A stretch of 64,000 nt of DNA from the human T2T-CHM13v2.0 reference genome, Homo sapiens. The number at the start of each line of letters is the position of its first letter. Within the stretch, counting starts at the first letter, position 1. Shown piece by piece: positions 46,975-60,925 of this stretch. Under the pieces are notes generated by a model, which was given only the letters and a program-made list of their open reading frames with translations, ran no database searches and was not told where the DNA came from. The DNA is taken from assembly GCF_009914755.1 (NCBI RefSeq), contig NC_060931.1; one strand, written 5' to 3'. The translations under genes and the position numbers were made by a program.

Positions 46975-47830
46975 GTCAATAACAAAGGGCCAAAATTTTT
47001 AACTTTGATTAAGTCTAAGTTATCAATAATTATCCTATATGGCTTGTGCTTTCTGTGTCTTGTCCAAAAAACAAAAATAAAAACAAAAACAAAAAACTTA
47101 GTTTATCCTAAGGTCACAAAACTTGTCTTCTATCTTTCCTCTGGGGATATAACAGTTTTAACTCTGATATTTAAATCATTGAGCACTTTGTAATTAATTT
47201 TGTTATGTGGTATAAAATAAGGGTTAAAATTTTTTTCTTTCCGTATGCCTATTCTAATGTAGGCATACTATTTATAGAAAATAAAAGGTATCCTTTCCTT
47301 TCCTCATTGAATTACCTGGCCACTTTTATCATTGATCAATTGAACACCTATGTTTGAGGAAATTTCAGATATCTCTATTAAGTTCCATTCCCAATAGGAA
47401 TCTATCTTGATTAATGTAGCTTTATATATAGTAAATTATGAATTCAGGCAACATAAGTCATCCAATATTTTTCTTTTTAAAAATTGTTTTGGCTATACTA
47501 GGTCTCTAGCATTTCAATATAAATCAAAGCATCTGCTTTTTTTTTCCTGCCAAAAAGCCTACTGGAATTTTGATTGAGATTGCATTGAATCTATAGATCA
47601 ATGTGGGGAGATTTGATATCTTAACAACATTGAGTCTACCAATCTAAGAACCTGGTATATCTCTCCATTTATTTAGGTCTTCTTTAATTTCAGCAAGCTT
47701 TGGCAGATTTCTGTGTAGAGGACTTGTACATCTGTTATTGAATTTATCCTTAATTGCTATTACAATTTTTTTATTTTTCAATTATTCATAGTTAGTATAT
47801 AGAAATGCAGTTAAGTTTTGGATAATGATT
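46975..47830 (-). mobile_element. old L1M ORF2 fragment
   Basis: ttgattgagattgcattgaatctatagatcaat...ctccatttatttaggtcttc. Confidence 0.85.
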
Positions 47831-48016
47831 GTAGTGATTTGAATAGTGGCCCCTAAAATCTGTGTGTATCCAGAATCTCAGAATGTGAACTTATTTGGAA
47901 ATAGTCTTTGCAGATATGAATACTTAAGAATATCAAGATGAAATTATCTTGGATTTAGGGTTGGCCCTAAATACAATAACCAGTGTCCTTATAAGAAGAA
48001 GAGAGGACATACAGAG

Positions 48017-48051
<35 letters not shown>

Positions 48052-48160
48052 AGCACACACACAAAGTCCATATGAAGATGGAGGCAGAGCCTGGAATTAC
48101 GCCTGGAGCCACCAGAAGCTGAAAGAAGCAATAAAAGATTATTTCCTGAAGTTATCTGGG
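47830..48160 (+). mobile_element. MLT1C-like LTR fragment containing a (CA)n tract
   Basis: gaatctcagaatgtgaacttatttggaaatag...gagccaccagaagctg. Confidence 0.8.
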
Positions 48161-48375
48161 AAGGTTGTTCTACATTTTATCCAGTTTTCTAGTTGGTTAT
48201 GTGGATAAGTCTCATACAGTATCTTGGTGTACATTTTGCAACTAGTTTATTTTGACTTGTATGTCAGCTATCAATTTATTACTTCTTAGCTTGAAATCCA
48301 TATTTCTTTATCTTGCATTGTCAGAATGAAGTGGATCTTTTTTTATTTTTATAGACTTTGTGGCTACAAATGTAG

Positions 48376-48685
<310 letters not shown>

Positions 48686-49137
48686 TACAAATGTAGTTTT
48701 GTTACATGGATATATTGCAGTGGGGAAGTCTGAGGTTTTAGTGTAACTATCACCTGAATTGTGTATATAGTATCCATTAATTTCTCATCCAGCACCCCCC
48801 TCCTACCCTCCCATCCTCTCACTCTTCCAAGTCTCCAAAGTCTATTATTCTACTCTCTATGACCACGTGTACAAATTTTTAGCTCCCACTTATAAGTGAG
48901 AACATGCAATATTGACTTTCTGTTTCTGAGTTATTTTACTTGAGAATGGCCTCCAGTTCCATCTATGTTGCTGTAAGAGGCATGACTTCATTCTTCTTTA
49001 TGGCTGAATAGTATTCCAAGGTATATACATACCACATTTTCTTCATCCAATCATCCGCTGATGGACACTTAGGTTGATTCCCTATCTTAGCTATCGTGAA
49101 TACTGCTGCAATAAACACACAAAGCAGACATCTTTTT

Positions 49138-49422
<285 letters not shown>

Positions 49423-50444
49423 AGACATCTTTTTGATATAATGATGAACTTTCCTTTGGGTAGAAACTCAGAAGTAGAATTGCTGGATTAAATGGTAGTT
49501 CTATTTTCAATCTTTTGAGAAATCTCCATTTTGTTTTTCATAGAGGTTGGGTCAACAAAATTAAGACAGAAATCAAAAATTTTTTGAAATTAGTGAAAGT
49601 GGAGACACAATATACCCAGACTTCTTGGATACAGCAAAAGCAGTGCTAAGAGGTAAGTTCATAGCATCAAATGCCCACATTAAAAAAAAAAAATAGAAAG
49701 CTCAAAAATCAGCAACCCAACATGATACCTCAAGGAACTATAAAAACAAGAACAAACCAAACCCAAAGCTGACAGAAGAAAAGAAATAACAAAGATTGCA
49801 GCAGAACAAAATGAAATTGAGACTAAAAAAAAAAATACAGAAGATCTATGAAACAAAAAGTTGGTTCGTTGAAAAGATAAACAAAATCAATAGACTGTTA
49901 GCTAGAGTAACCAAGAAAAGGAAAGAGAGAATCCAAATAAATACAATCAGAATGGAGAAAGGAGACTTTACAATTGAAGTGGACCTTGTAAACATTTCTC
50001 CTTAGTTAAGTGGAACACATTAGGCTTTGTCAATAGAGGGAACTGGAGAAACTGGAAAGGGGGTTCTTTCTCTCCTCAGTCCTAGTGTGATTTTTTTCCC
50101 CTTCCCCTGATGTGGCTGCTGGTGGCGTGGAGAAGGCCCAGCAGTGCTCACCTTTCAACGTTTCTCTGACACCTCGGATGGCAGCTTCCTGCAGACCAGC
50201 TTCATCCCCTGATGCCATAGAGAACTTCTCCACCACCCAGCAATCCTCAGCCACACTGTATCCTATGGGGTCTCAATATTAGCCTTATGATGGGAGGGGA
50301 CATCTAAATTCTTTCTTTCTTCCTTGGCTATGCTCCGTCATCCATGGAGATAGTACTTACTCCCATATTCTTTAGAGTCAATGCTTATCCTTTTTGGCAG
50401 TTACCCACTTTTGCAAGTTAATGATTTTTTCATTAAATATTGCC

Positions 50445-51490
50445 CACTCAATGGAGTGACAACTTTAAAGTACTAAAGGAAAATAAACTGTCAACAGAAT
50501 TGTGTATGCAATGTTATCTTACAAATCATACAATATCACTTACAAAATGAAGGGGAAAGACTTTTCAAATAAACAAAAACAGAATGTATTTTTAGCAGAC
50601 CTGAATATAAGAAAGATTGAAGAAATTTCTTCAGGGAAAAGTAATAATACTAGAAAGAAACTTCAATCTACACAAGGAAATAAAAGCACCAAAAATGGCA
50701 ATGAATTTCATATAAAACTCAAGCTTTAAATGTTCTTAAAGGTCTATTGATTGCCAAAAGCAAAAATGACAGCAATGTCTTGGGAAATAATAGCATAGGT
50801 AAAATTATAATAGGTGATAAGTCACATATTATCAGTAGCATGAAAGGTGGTGGTGAAATTGGGAATACAATGTGGAAACGTCTTCACATCACACATAACG
50901 GGGTATAGTATTATTTGAAGGTAGAATGTAATTAATTTTAATACCATATAGCAATTCCCACAACAAGCTCTATGGTAAGAGAAACAAAACTTATTTTCAT
51001 GCCAAAACCTGTAAAAAAATACATTATATGGCTTTATTCATGATAAATAGAAGTAATCTGACCGCATCTCACCTGCAGAATGGAGAAACAAGGGGGCACA
51101 TCATTACCATGGGACACTAGTAAACAATAAGGAAGAACAAATTGCTTATATATGAAATAAAAAGGATGAATATCAAATTGAATATGCTAAGCGAAAGCAA
51201 CCAGTCTCAAAAGATTAAATACTGTGTGATGCTATTTACATCACATTCTAAAAAAGGTGAAATTACAAGGACAGAAAGCAATTCAGTGGTGGCCAGGGCT
51301 GGGGGTAAGAAGAGAGATTGACTACAAAGGGGTTTGTGGAAACTTTTTGAGGTGATGGAGGTATTCTATATACTGGTTATGGTGGTGATTACATGCCTGG
51401 ATGCATTTATTTATCAAAAATCAGAGCTGCACACTAAAAACAATAAATCTTATTGCATGTAAATTTACCTTAATTTAAAAGAAAATGAAA
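50445..51490 (+). mobile_element. old L1M fragments (ORF1 end; L1MC/ME 3' end)
   Basis: gacttttcaaataaacaaaaac; tcagtggtggccagggctggggg...ggtgatggag. Confidence 0.7.
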
Positions 51491-54400
51491 AAAATTTCCG
51501 TTTTCCTGTTCAAATTACTAGTGTCATATCTGTCTCCTGACTGAACTTTGCATGTATATCAGAAAGTTTACTATATTTTATTGAGAATATTTTTGATAAT
51601 CTGGGTGTTCAATTATACATGTTTAAGTTTAAATTCCTTTGGCCATTGTTTATGACATAAATTTCAAGGCTTCTACTGACCAACTGTTTGTTAGAAGAGT
51701 TCCTAAGGTACCCCCTGGAGTAAAACCCTGGCTGCTATAATTTCATCTCAGTCCACAATGCAAAAAAAAAAAAAAAAAAGGTGTATTGCCTTCTCTTCAG
51801 GAATGTGCCCTTGGTAAGCATCTCATTTTTTTACAGTAAGATATCAACCTTGTCTTCAGTGTGACTGACTGTACAAGCACACGTCCATGTACATAATCAG
51901 CAAAGTCAAAGAACATCACTCCAACACCTGTTAGGAGCATAACCTCAAATTCACTGTAGCCAATATCCATCAAAAGCTTGAATGTAAAACAATATTTATG
52001 GAGGATTGCCTAAACACATGCTATCTATCCTCTCATCTGGTCTTTAAAATTTATCCCTAAGTTAAACTAGACCATCCTAGGGAGTAACCTACCTACACAA
52101 CACCACTGTGGCCTCTACAAATTGATGTGACTGACATGCTATTAAAGACCTATATTAAGGGAGGTTGTAAGAAAGAGCTTAATGAAGCTCATTGTTTTTG
52201 TCAAGGACATTGTTCACTGTGGTACATAGTGTTTCTTTTCTCAGTATAATATATAGTCCTGTCTCTCTTGGTCAATATTTATGATACAGAAACCAAGACT
52301 AGCCCTATTCTCATTTTTTTTCACTCACTACTAGAAACTTTAAAGAGAAGTCTTGCTCAGCATCAATGATATTGCACGGAGGATGTAGGAGTATGCATTT
52401 TTAAGCCTGAAGAACATACATGAACTAACCTACCTGTAGTCACTTTACTTTTACTCCTTTGTTTTCACCATGTCTCAGTTTTCTTACTCTTGCTAATTCA
52501 ATTCATCATGCTATTTTATATAATTGCTACTTCAGAAATGATAAAATATAAATAGATTCAAAATTAATACATGTCCATAGACTAGTGATTGGTTTTCTTC
52601 TAAGTTAAATAAAGCAAACATGCTTTCTGTGCTCTGGCCATAATAAAGCTCAGTGCTAAGCATAGAGAAAAGAATGAAATAGACATCTGCTTTAGGCTAT
52701 ACTTTTACCATCATTCTGTAGAATTTTTGCCTAAATCTCAAGTCTCAAAAATTAAAAACAGAGATTCCCTTTAAGAAAACTTTCTTTTTCTGGTAGTTCA
52801 GATTATTGGTACTTATTTTGTCTTACTTGCAGTGGAAGATCCACCACAGTTTTTAATACAAGAAAACTATTTGATGATACTGTCACTAAAATAATATCCA
52901 AGGGAGCTATTAGACTAACAGCAAAATGGAACTTGGAAAAAAGATCACACCATTTGTTTTACATGGCTACTATATACAAGAATATGCAAAAGTGAGCTAA
53001 TAACATTACAATATTCTTTCTCCTGATGGCTGTAAAAGTGTCATAGTAATTACTTCTTATAGTGTGTTGTTACTTAAAGAAACTTAAATGTAGTTTTACG
53101 GCATGATTTTTGCTTTCTCAAGACAGAGATAACAGTAGAGACAAGACTGAAGTGAGTGTTCAGAAGTTCATTTCAAGAGACCTGGGTTCTAATTCTGTGT
53201 CTTCTATGTCACCCTGAGTAGGTTACAGCTTCTCTAGACTTCAGTTCTATGACAGCAGATGAGAGTGGCCTTGAACATAAATGAGGTCCCTTGAGCTAAC
53301 AACATCCATACATTCAACAAAAAAATTATTGAAAACCTGCCATGTTTCTGGTTAGCACTAATAAAACACCTGTCCCATCTTCATGGATATCATCCATGAA
53401 ACACAATATCTAACACAACCTATTACTGCAACAAACACCAAAAATCATGCACTAACGCCTACATCGGTACATTGAAGTACCTACTTCAATGACTCTTATC
53501 CTGTAAAGGGCTTTCCAACCCCAAAGTGCTACCTTTCCTCCCCGAGTAAACTTCCTGTCAGTTGCCTCCTGTTTTCTTTTCCCTTTTGGTGGGGAATAAA
53601 GATAGATTCTTAGTGCTTAGGTTAATACATCTTTCTGCCTGTGAAGTGATTTGAATCCTAAAGAGGTAGTAAACCCTAGTACTCTCTCTCAGTCCATGTA
53701 TTTTGATCTTGTATTCAAGAAGACTGCACACATGAAGAGTTTGCAATGCTTGCTTTTGAGGAAAAAAGTGTGTGTGCGTGTGTGTGTAAAACAAAGAGAA
53801 TCCCTGTGTAAAATGGTTACTATAAGAAAAAAAAAGAGTGACTATTTGAATATAGATACAACTAAGGGAAACTGAGCCATATTTTGTTAAGATTGAAATG
53901 AAAAAATAAATGAAACAAGATTTTCATTTTCTTCTCATCATTTTGCGGCTTCAATTGATGAAGAGGAGTGCAAGAAACTGTCTGGAAACTCAACCATATT
54001 TTTACAGTCTTAGTGAGTCCAGATAGGATAAAGCCCAGAATGTGCAATTTGAAAAATGATTTTTATATTAGTGAAATATATTTTAGCACATGAGACGACA
54101 TCTTTTTAATGCTTCCTGCAATACATAGCCTTATCCTGTCCTATAAAGCCTTCATTTTCCCCAGAATGACCTGGCAGCCAGCTGAAAGGACACAGTGGAC
54201 TGCCTGACTGATTACACCCTTGGAATATTTATGTAACTTTTCGATGGCAGCAAAATGCTGAAAAGAGGATACAGCAGATAAGGTAATGGAAGCCGGCCTG
54301 ACTTAAGCCTCATGTAATCCCTGACATCTCCTAAATCACTAGGTAAGATTAGTCAGTGATAAAAATTCTCCAACAGTGGGCAGCTCTCTGAAAGCCTGTA

Positions 54401-55575
54401 TCTTCCTGTTGAGTGGAATGTCAAATTTAGAGAATGTATTATCTGACCTACCAAAGATACTACTTTTAAGTCCTTGACCAGTTAAGTAAACAGTGCAGAC
54501 AACTATTATGTGGTTTTTATTTTACTGTTGTTGTTTTATAGCTGAGTTATATCCCAGCCAGATTCACATTGTGAATGTTTAGTTGAATGCTGCACCAAAT
54601 GATAGTTGCACCTATTCAGGCCAAACCTCAAGAAATGTTTTTCCTCTTTACTTCTGTCTTTGAATGACTTCTATTCCAAATGTGAAAAGGACACATTTTC
54701 CTTTCCTACTGTGTGGCAAAAATAAGGCAATCTCAGATCTCTTCAAAATTGTCTCAATTTTTACCTTTTACAAAGAAAGAAGGAGTCACCTACCTCTTTC
54801 TGTAGACTAAGAAGAATGCTATATAAAAATCCATACAGTACAATGTAATTTTTTAATCATTTCATATAAACAGGGAAGATTCATAGAGATACTCAGAAAA
54901 CAAAGTATTGGGATTTTATGCAAATATATCATTATAGTATACATTTTTATATAATTTTGATCATTGTTAATATTTTCTGCATTATAACATTTATTTGACA
55001 ACTTCTATCTAACCCAGTTATTTTATTGCAAGGTAATATGGATATATTAGTCTTAAGTCAAAGGTAGATTCTACTATCATGAATTTAAGTGGTATTCTCT
55101 ATCCAGAACCCAAATGGTCTTATTTGTTAGGTTTCTTGCTAGGTGCAAGATACAGTGAAGGGAGCATTACTCTTTGTTAAATTTAAGAAGCTTGTAATAT
55201 ATAAAGCCATATACAGTATATAAAACTAGAGAAATTCTCTCTCTTCACTTTTTTTTCTAATGTGTGGTCCATGGCCTACCAAAAATACTATGCATCAGAC
55301 ATAACGAGGATGCATATGTTTAGGAGCATTACTAACATTTAAATATGTTGTAACAATTCAGGCACAAAAATCCGGCGCAGAAAAGCTAATACTTTTTCCC
55401 CATGATTCTGAAATACTGGAATCAATGTCAACTCTCAAACACATGCACATGAGTTATAGGTTCACCCAAAAGTCAACAACATAGCTAAACAGAAAATCAC
55501 AACCCACAGTTGGCTCCAATGAGTAAGAATTAAAGAGAAAAAGCCTGTTTCTATCTTGAATTTTGTTCAGAAGTG

Positions 55576-55651
55576 TTTTTTTTGTTTTTTTTGGTTTTTT
55601 TATTATCATTATACTTTAAGTTTTAGGGTACATGTGCACAATGTGCAGGTT
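55576..55651 (-). mobile_element. ultra-short L1PA 3' end (~45 bp plus polyT)
   Basis: ttatactttaagttttagggtacatgtgcacaatgtgcaggtt preceded by a T-rich tail. Confidence 0.93.
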
Positions 55652-55657
55652 CTGTTT

Positions 55658-55667
55658 TGACTCAGCA
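55658..55667 (+). promoter_or_regulatory. candidate ARE / NF-E2-Maf site
   Basis: TGACTCAGCA; the paralogous copy at 60451-60460 has TGACTAAGCA. Confidence 0.4.
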
Positions 55668-55705
55668 GGTGAGGGATGAAAAAACAGTAAAAAATTAACT
55701 TCAAG

Positions 55706-56030
<325 letters not shown>

Positions 56031-56156
56031 TCAAGTTTTAAAACAGCCATTGTTAATAGTTTAGAATTCAGATCTAGAAGAAATTAAACAGTAAACAACA
56101 CTGCCAATATGGTAAATGTTAATATTAATGTAAATATTAAGGATTAGGATAATTGC

Positions 56157-58849
56157 TGTGTTATGGTTCCAGAAATCTGAGTGCTATGGATTAAGGGATT
56201 TATTATAGAGATTAGACCTTATGCAACTGTGGGAGAAGAAGAGGAAATAAAAGTACAGAGGACAAAAGTTGGAGGATCAGTTCCACTGAATAGGATGGGG
56301 CCTGATTAAGAAGTCTATTGACAGCTGTTGACTCTGCATTTGTTGATGAACTCAAAGTCACTGTAGGTCAGTCAGCAGAGGTGACAAAGAAGAAGAAAAG
56401 CTGAATGTAAAAAGGGGTAGAGCAATAAAAACTGAAACCTGCAAAGACAAAGTTAAACCAGTGAACTCACTAGAACGTGTGTTTATCTCTCAGTATTTCC
56501 AATCTCAATCACATCCATAACCTACAGACAAAGCTGGTACCCTTCGTCACAGAGCTGAACAAGTATCTGGCCTGGGACTTGAAGTAGCTAAAATCGGAAA
56601 TCTAGATAAACCAGCAGATCAGCATCATACCCCTCATTTAATGTTCTGTAATATACATTAAGCACTTATCACTACATCTTATGTTAGTAAAGAAATGGAA
56701 AAGAATTGATATATAAATATACATATATATACACACACACATATCTACATATACACACATATGTTTATATATGTAAAAATAAATTCATATCAAAATAAGA
56801 AATTATCATAACAATTATAGTTCTCATTTCTAATCGGTCATGTTGTTGCAGCTGGTATCTAGAACTTCTCTATTTCACTACCCATCACACATTCTCTTTG
56901 CTCTCTAAAGCAATTTGGTTACTAAAGTTTTCTTGCCTGGTAAGGTGACCCAAACCCTCAATTCTAAAATATTTGGCCTATTTATATTCTATCACTATAG
57001 TTTTTCATTAACCTTTTTTTTTCTGTAGAGATAGCATCTTGCTATGTTGCACAAGCTGATCTCAAACTTCTGGCCTCAAGGGATCCTACCAAAGTGCTGG
57101 GATTATAGGCAGGAGCCACTGTGCTCAGCCATTTCTTTATTAACTTTTATCACAGGTGATGAATGTACTAAGAGGCACCCCAAGGATGTCTGCATTCCTG
57201 ACATATTCCTTCTAACCTTCCACAGCATAACAGCAATACAATTATCCTCTTGATAATCAAGAGAAACAACCTGAGCCAGCACAGTTGTCTTCTTTGCCTG
57301 TTGATTAACAAGCATAAGAAGCCCAGAGTGGTCAGTCTCAACTTCCAAATTAAGGGAACCAATCCAGTGTCCCCTGGTGGAAACATAACTCCCTCAATAG
57401 TTAAGATCTCTAAACTAGAAAAGCGTAAAGTCACTGGGTCAGGAATCCAACATTTTGCTAGTGGATCACTAGGGAAATTATGAGAGGACCGTCTCCTATT
57501 TTTATTCCTTAATTCCAGGAGTCATGAATCCCAGTTATGAGAGAAAAAGGACCCTGTGTTGGACACTAACCTAGAGCATGTACCACATCCTAGACAACAT
57601 TGTCCTAAACCCAAATTGCGTTGTCATCTAGCTGGTGCTGTAATAAAATATTTGAAAGACCATTTTACCACTCTCTCTGGTCTTTGCTAGCTATCATTCA
57701 TGGTTGTTTTTAAAAAGGCATTTTCCAGGTAAATAGCTACATACCAAGTTATGGGGGTAAGTCAATTTGCTTCAAAAACAAAACCACATCTGAACCAGCT
57801 GCTAGAATTGGAGTTAGCACATGATTAACTGTATGATAATCCACTGACATTCTCCAAGGTCCATCTTTCTGCTATACAAGCCAAAAGGCAAACTGAATGG
57901 AGATTTACATCACCATTTTTCAAGTCTACAGTGGTGATTATAATCTCTACAATGATCCAAGTTTGTGGTATTGCCTTTGACTTATTAGTTGGTAGACAGA
58001 AGTTCCAGAGGCTACCACTTGGCCTTTCTTACAATAACAGCCACTATTCCATGGATTAGGGAACTAATGTGGAAACTATGCCAGTTGCTGAATATGCCTG
58101 ATACAACTATGCATTCCTGAACTGAAGAAATCATCACATAATGGATTCAGGTACCCATTGGTCCACTCAAATCCAAGTCAAAACTCCATTGATTGCTTTA
58201 CATCTACAACTTTACTCTGTCTAGAAGACCACATTGCATTTAGGGTTTCTAGGAATAGGTGTCAACTATAAGACTATTGTCCAGTAATTCTCAAAAACAC
58301 TGGTTATTTTTCCTTCTTCAATTTACCACCCTGGTAAATAGCAATAGATCCCTTTGAGGAATGTTAAGATTTCCATTATAGAATTATGGCTGTGTCAAAG
58401 GACTGTTCATCCTCAAAGGGACCTGGCCTCCTCTTCACTCAAGGGACTCTGGTTCTGAAAACTGAATCATGTTTGGAAATTGATTGACAGGGAATGACTC
58501 TACTGTTGTGATTCAAATCAGACTTTTGTTCCAAGACCTAGAGTTTGCCACTTAAACAATTAAAGTAAGACTAGAAGAGGCTGAATAAGGCTTCCAGTTT
58601 TACAGATACCATGATCATCAATGTCCTCTCTCCATAGGTCAAATCTGATGACTGCTTTGCTCTGCTATCCAGTATGTTAACTGTGCCCACCTTACTTCTG
58701 GCAACGACGTGCCAGGTTTTGGTCCCTGCCACCCAGGGATCCCCTCATCTCCTTTGAATTCAGGGACTATAGTTTGATGACAGCTTTTTTTCACTGTCAA
58801 TCCTGAACTATAGAGAATGACAACCACAGAGCTCTCCAAGGACACTGAC

Positions 58850-58883
<34 letters not shown>

Positions 58884-59650
58884 TTTCTTACAGCTTTGTT
58901 CAAGAGCATCTTCCTTCCTTCTTTCTTACAGTTTTGATGAGGGAGTGTTCTCTGGTCCCTTCTGAGGGACAGAATTCAGAACTGGGTACACAACTCTTAC
59001 ATAACAAATCTACTTTTACATTCCAACCTTTCTGACCCTTTGCATATCTTCCTCTATGGTAAAGCAAGGAACTCCTGAAATTTCAAATTCAATTAGTGTA
59101 GGCCACCTCTGGGCCCATGTTTCAGTAAACTCACCAAGAAAACTCAGAGCCATGCTAACTGTCTAAGCTACAAAACTAAACCCAGAATCTCTCCTTAGTT
59201 CATCCATATCAACAAATTCAGCCCAATCCAATATTTCATTTCTTCTTCACCGTTCCAACTTCTGTATTATCCATTTCCATACATGTACCCCAGGATTCTA
59301 TCCATGTAAATTCGTAAAATCTTGCAGTTATCTTGGCATGTCTGGTACCTTTCATGTGTCACATTTTGTACCTAACATCCAGGGCTGGCCTGAGGATTTT
59401 AGTCTGGATATAGATCTAGAAGACAATATCTAGGGGTAGATTCTAAGGAGGATCAGCAGGGCCTTGCAATGATTTTACCTTAAAGGAAGCTTCGTGTTCT
59501 TCAGACAAGGGGAGACTAACACCCATCGGCAAGGGATGAAGAGCTGCTTCTCCTGGCAAAGGAGACTCAGTAGAATTTTGGTTTCCCATGTCCCCCACTT
59601 TATGAGGATCTGTTCGTATGTCCCCATCTCAATTATTTTGGTTTTCACTT
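56157..59650 (-). mobile_element. decayed, internally deleted ERVL provirus: MLT2-type LTR region (~56157-56800) plus internal dUTPase/pol/gag
   Basis: translated pieces MFPPGDTGLVPLIWKLRL and NQQAKKTTVLAQVVSLDYQ match the ERVL dUTPase; RT- and gag-like sequence follows to the right. Confidence 0.8.
57014..57130 (-). mobile_element. FLAM / Alu left monomer
   Basis: ttgctatgttgc...ccaaagtgctgggattataggc. Confidence 0.85.
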
Positions 59651-59864
59651 CTCCCAACTCAAATTACTAACTTTTAACATATGAAACTCTGAAGGATTGT
59701 GAATTCAATTTGTGTTGAATTTCAGGCAATTTTAGGACTAGACTTTGGATTTAACTTTCAGAAATCTCATCCCTGTGATTACAGTAGGTAAAAGCGTATT
59801 TTAAGATAGTCATAAAAGCATTCTAGTCCATTCCTTGAATCTTGAGACTTGAAGCCACCATTTC

Positions 59865-60041
59865 TTTCTTTTTTTTTTTTTTCCTTTTCTTTTTGAGACA
59901 AAGTCTCACTCTGTTGCCCAGACTAGAGTGTAGTGGTATGATCATGGCTCACTGTAGCCTCAAATTCCTGGGTTCAAGTGGACCTCCTGCCTTAGCCTCC
60001 CAAAGCACTGGGATTATAGGTGAGAGCCACCATGTGTGGCC
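59865..60041 (-). mobile_element. FRAM / Alu monomer
   Basis: single right-arm Alu with polyT. Confidence 0.85.
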
Positions 60042-60450
60042 CATTTCCTTATTCATGCTTCCCGAACACTTAGAAAGAGCTGAGCAGCAGCATTATGGCC
60101 TGTGTTTTGAACAAAATTTCAATGGCAGCAAGTATCTGGCCATGCAAAGCCTTGCCTTCTATAGTCACTTGATTGCAGTTGTCCACAGTTGATCATTTAA
60201 GATCCTATTTTGCCATGGCATGGCATGCTACTAGTATCCCCTTTGTCACTGGAGACTAGGTCATTAATGCATCTAAATTTTATCAGATCAGAAAAACATT
60301 TGCAGATTATTCAGAACCAATACAAAGACCCCATTCTCAAGGTTCTGTTCCTATGGAAGCTCAAAAAACAGGCTACATTTGGTACCACCGAGTGAGAATT
60401 AAAGCGAAAAAGCCTGCTTCCATTTGGGATTGTGTTTAGAATGATCTATT

Positions 60451-60460
60451 TGACTAAGCA
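60451..60460 (+). promoter_or_regulatory. candidate ARE (TGACnnnGC)
   Basis: TGACTAAGCA in the second copy of the local duplicate. Confidence 0.35.
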
Positions 60461-60631
60461 GGTCAAAGATTAATAAAAACAAGCAAAAACGAATTTAAAC
60501 CTCAAAGTTGTACATGTTGAACACATTTTTGATGCCCAAAAATTTCCATTCAATTAAGCAAAAATATAGACAATGTTCAAAACCGCCAATGTTTTCTACA
60601 TCATATGTTTTAACTCTAAAACAAACTACAG

Positions 60632-60925
60632 AGGCCTGGCACGATGGCTCATGCATTGTAATCCCAGCACTTTGGGAGGCCAAGGCAGGTGGATCACGAG
60701 GTCAGGAGTTCGAGACCAGCCTGGCCAATATGGTGAAACCCCATCTCTACTAAAAATACAAAAATTAGCCGGGAGTGGTGGCATATGCCTGTAGTCCCAG
60801 GTACTCAGGAGGCTGAGGCAGAGCAATCGCTTGAACCCGGGGGTGGAGGTTGCAGTGAGCCAAGATCATGCCACTGCATTCCAGCCTGGGCAACAGAGTG
60901 AGACTCCGTCAAAAAAAAAAAAAAA
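60632..60925 (+). mobile_element. AluSg-like element
   Basis: ggatcacgaggtcaggagttcgagaccagcctggccaa, A-tail. Confidence 0.95.
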
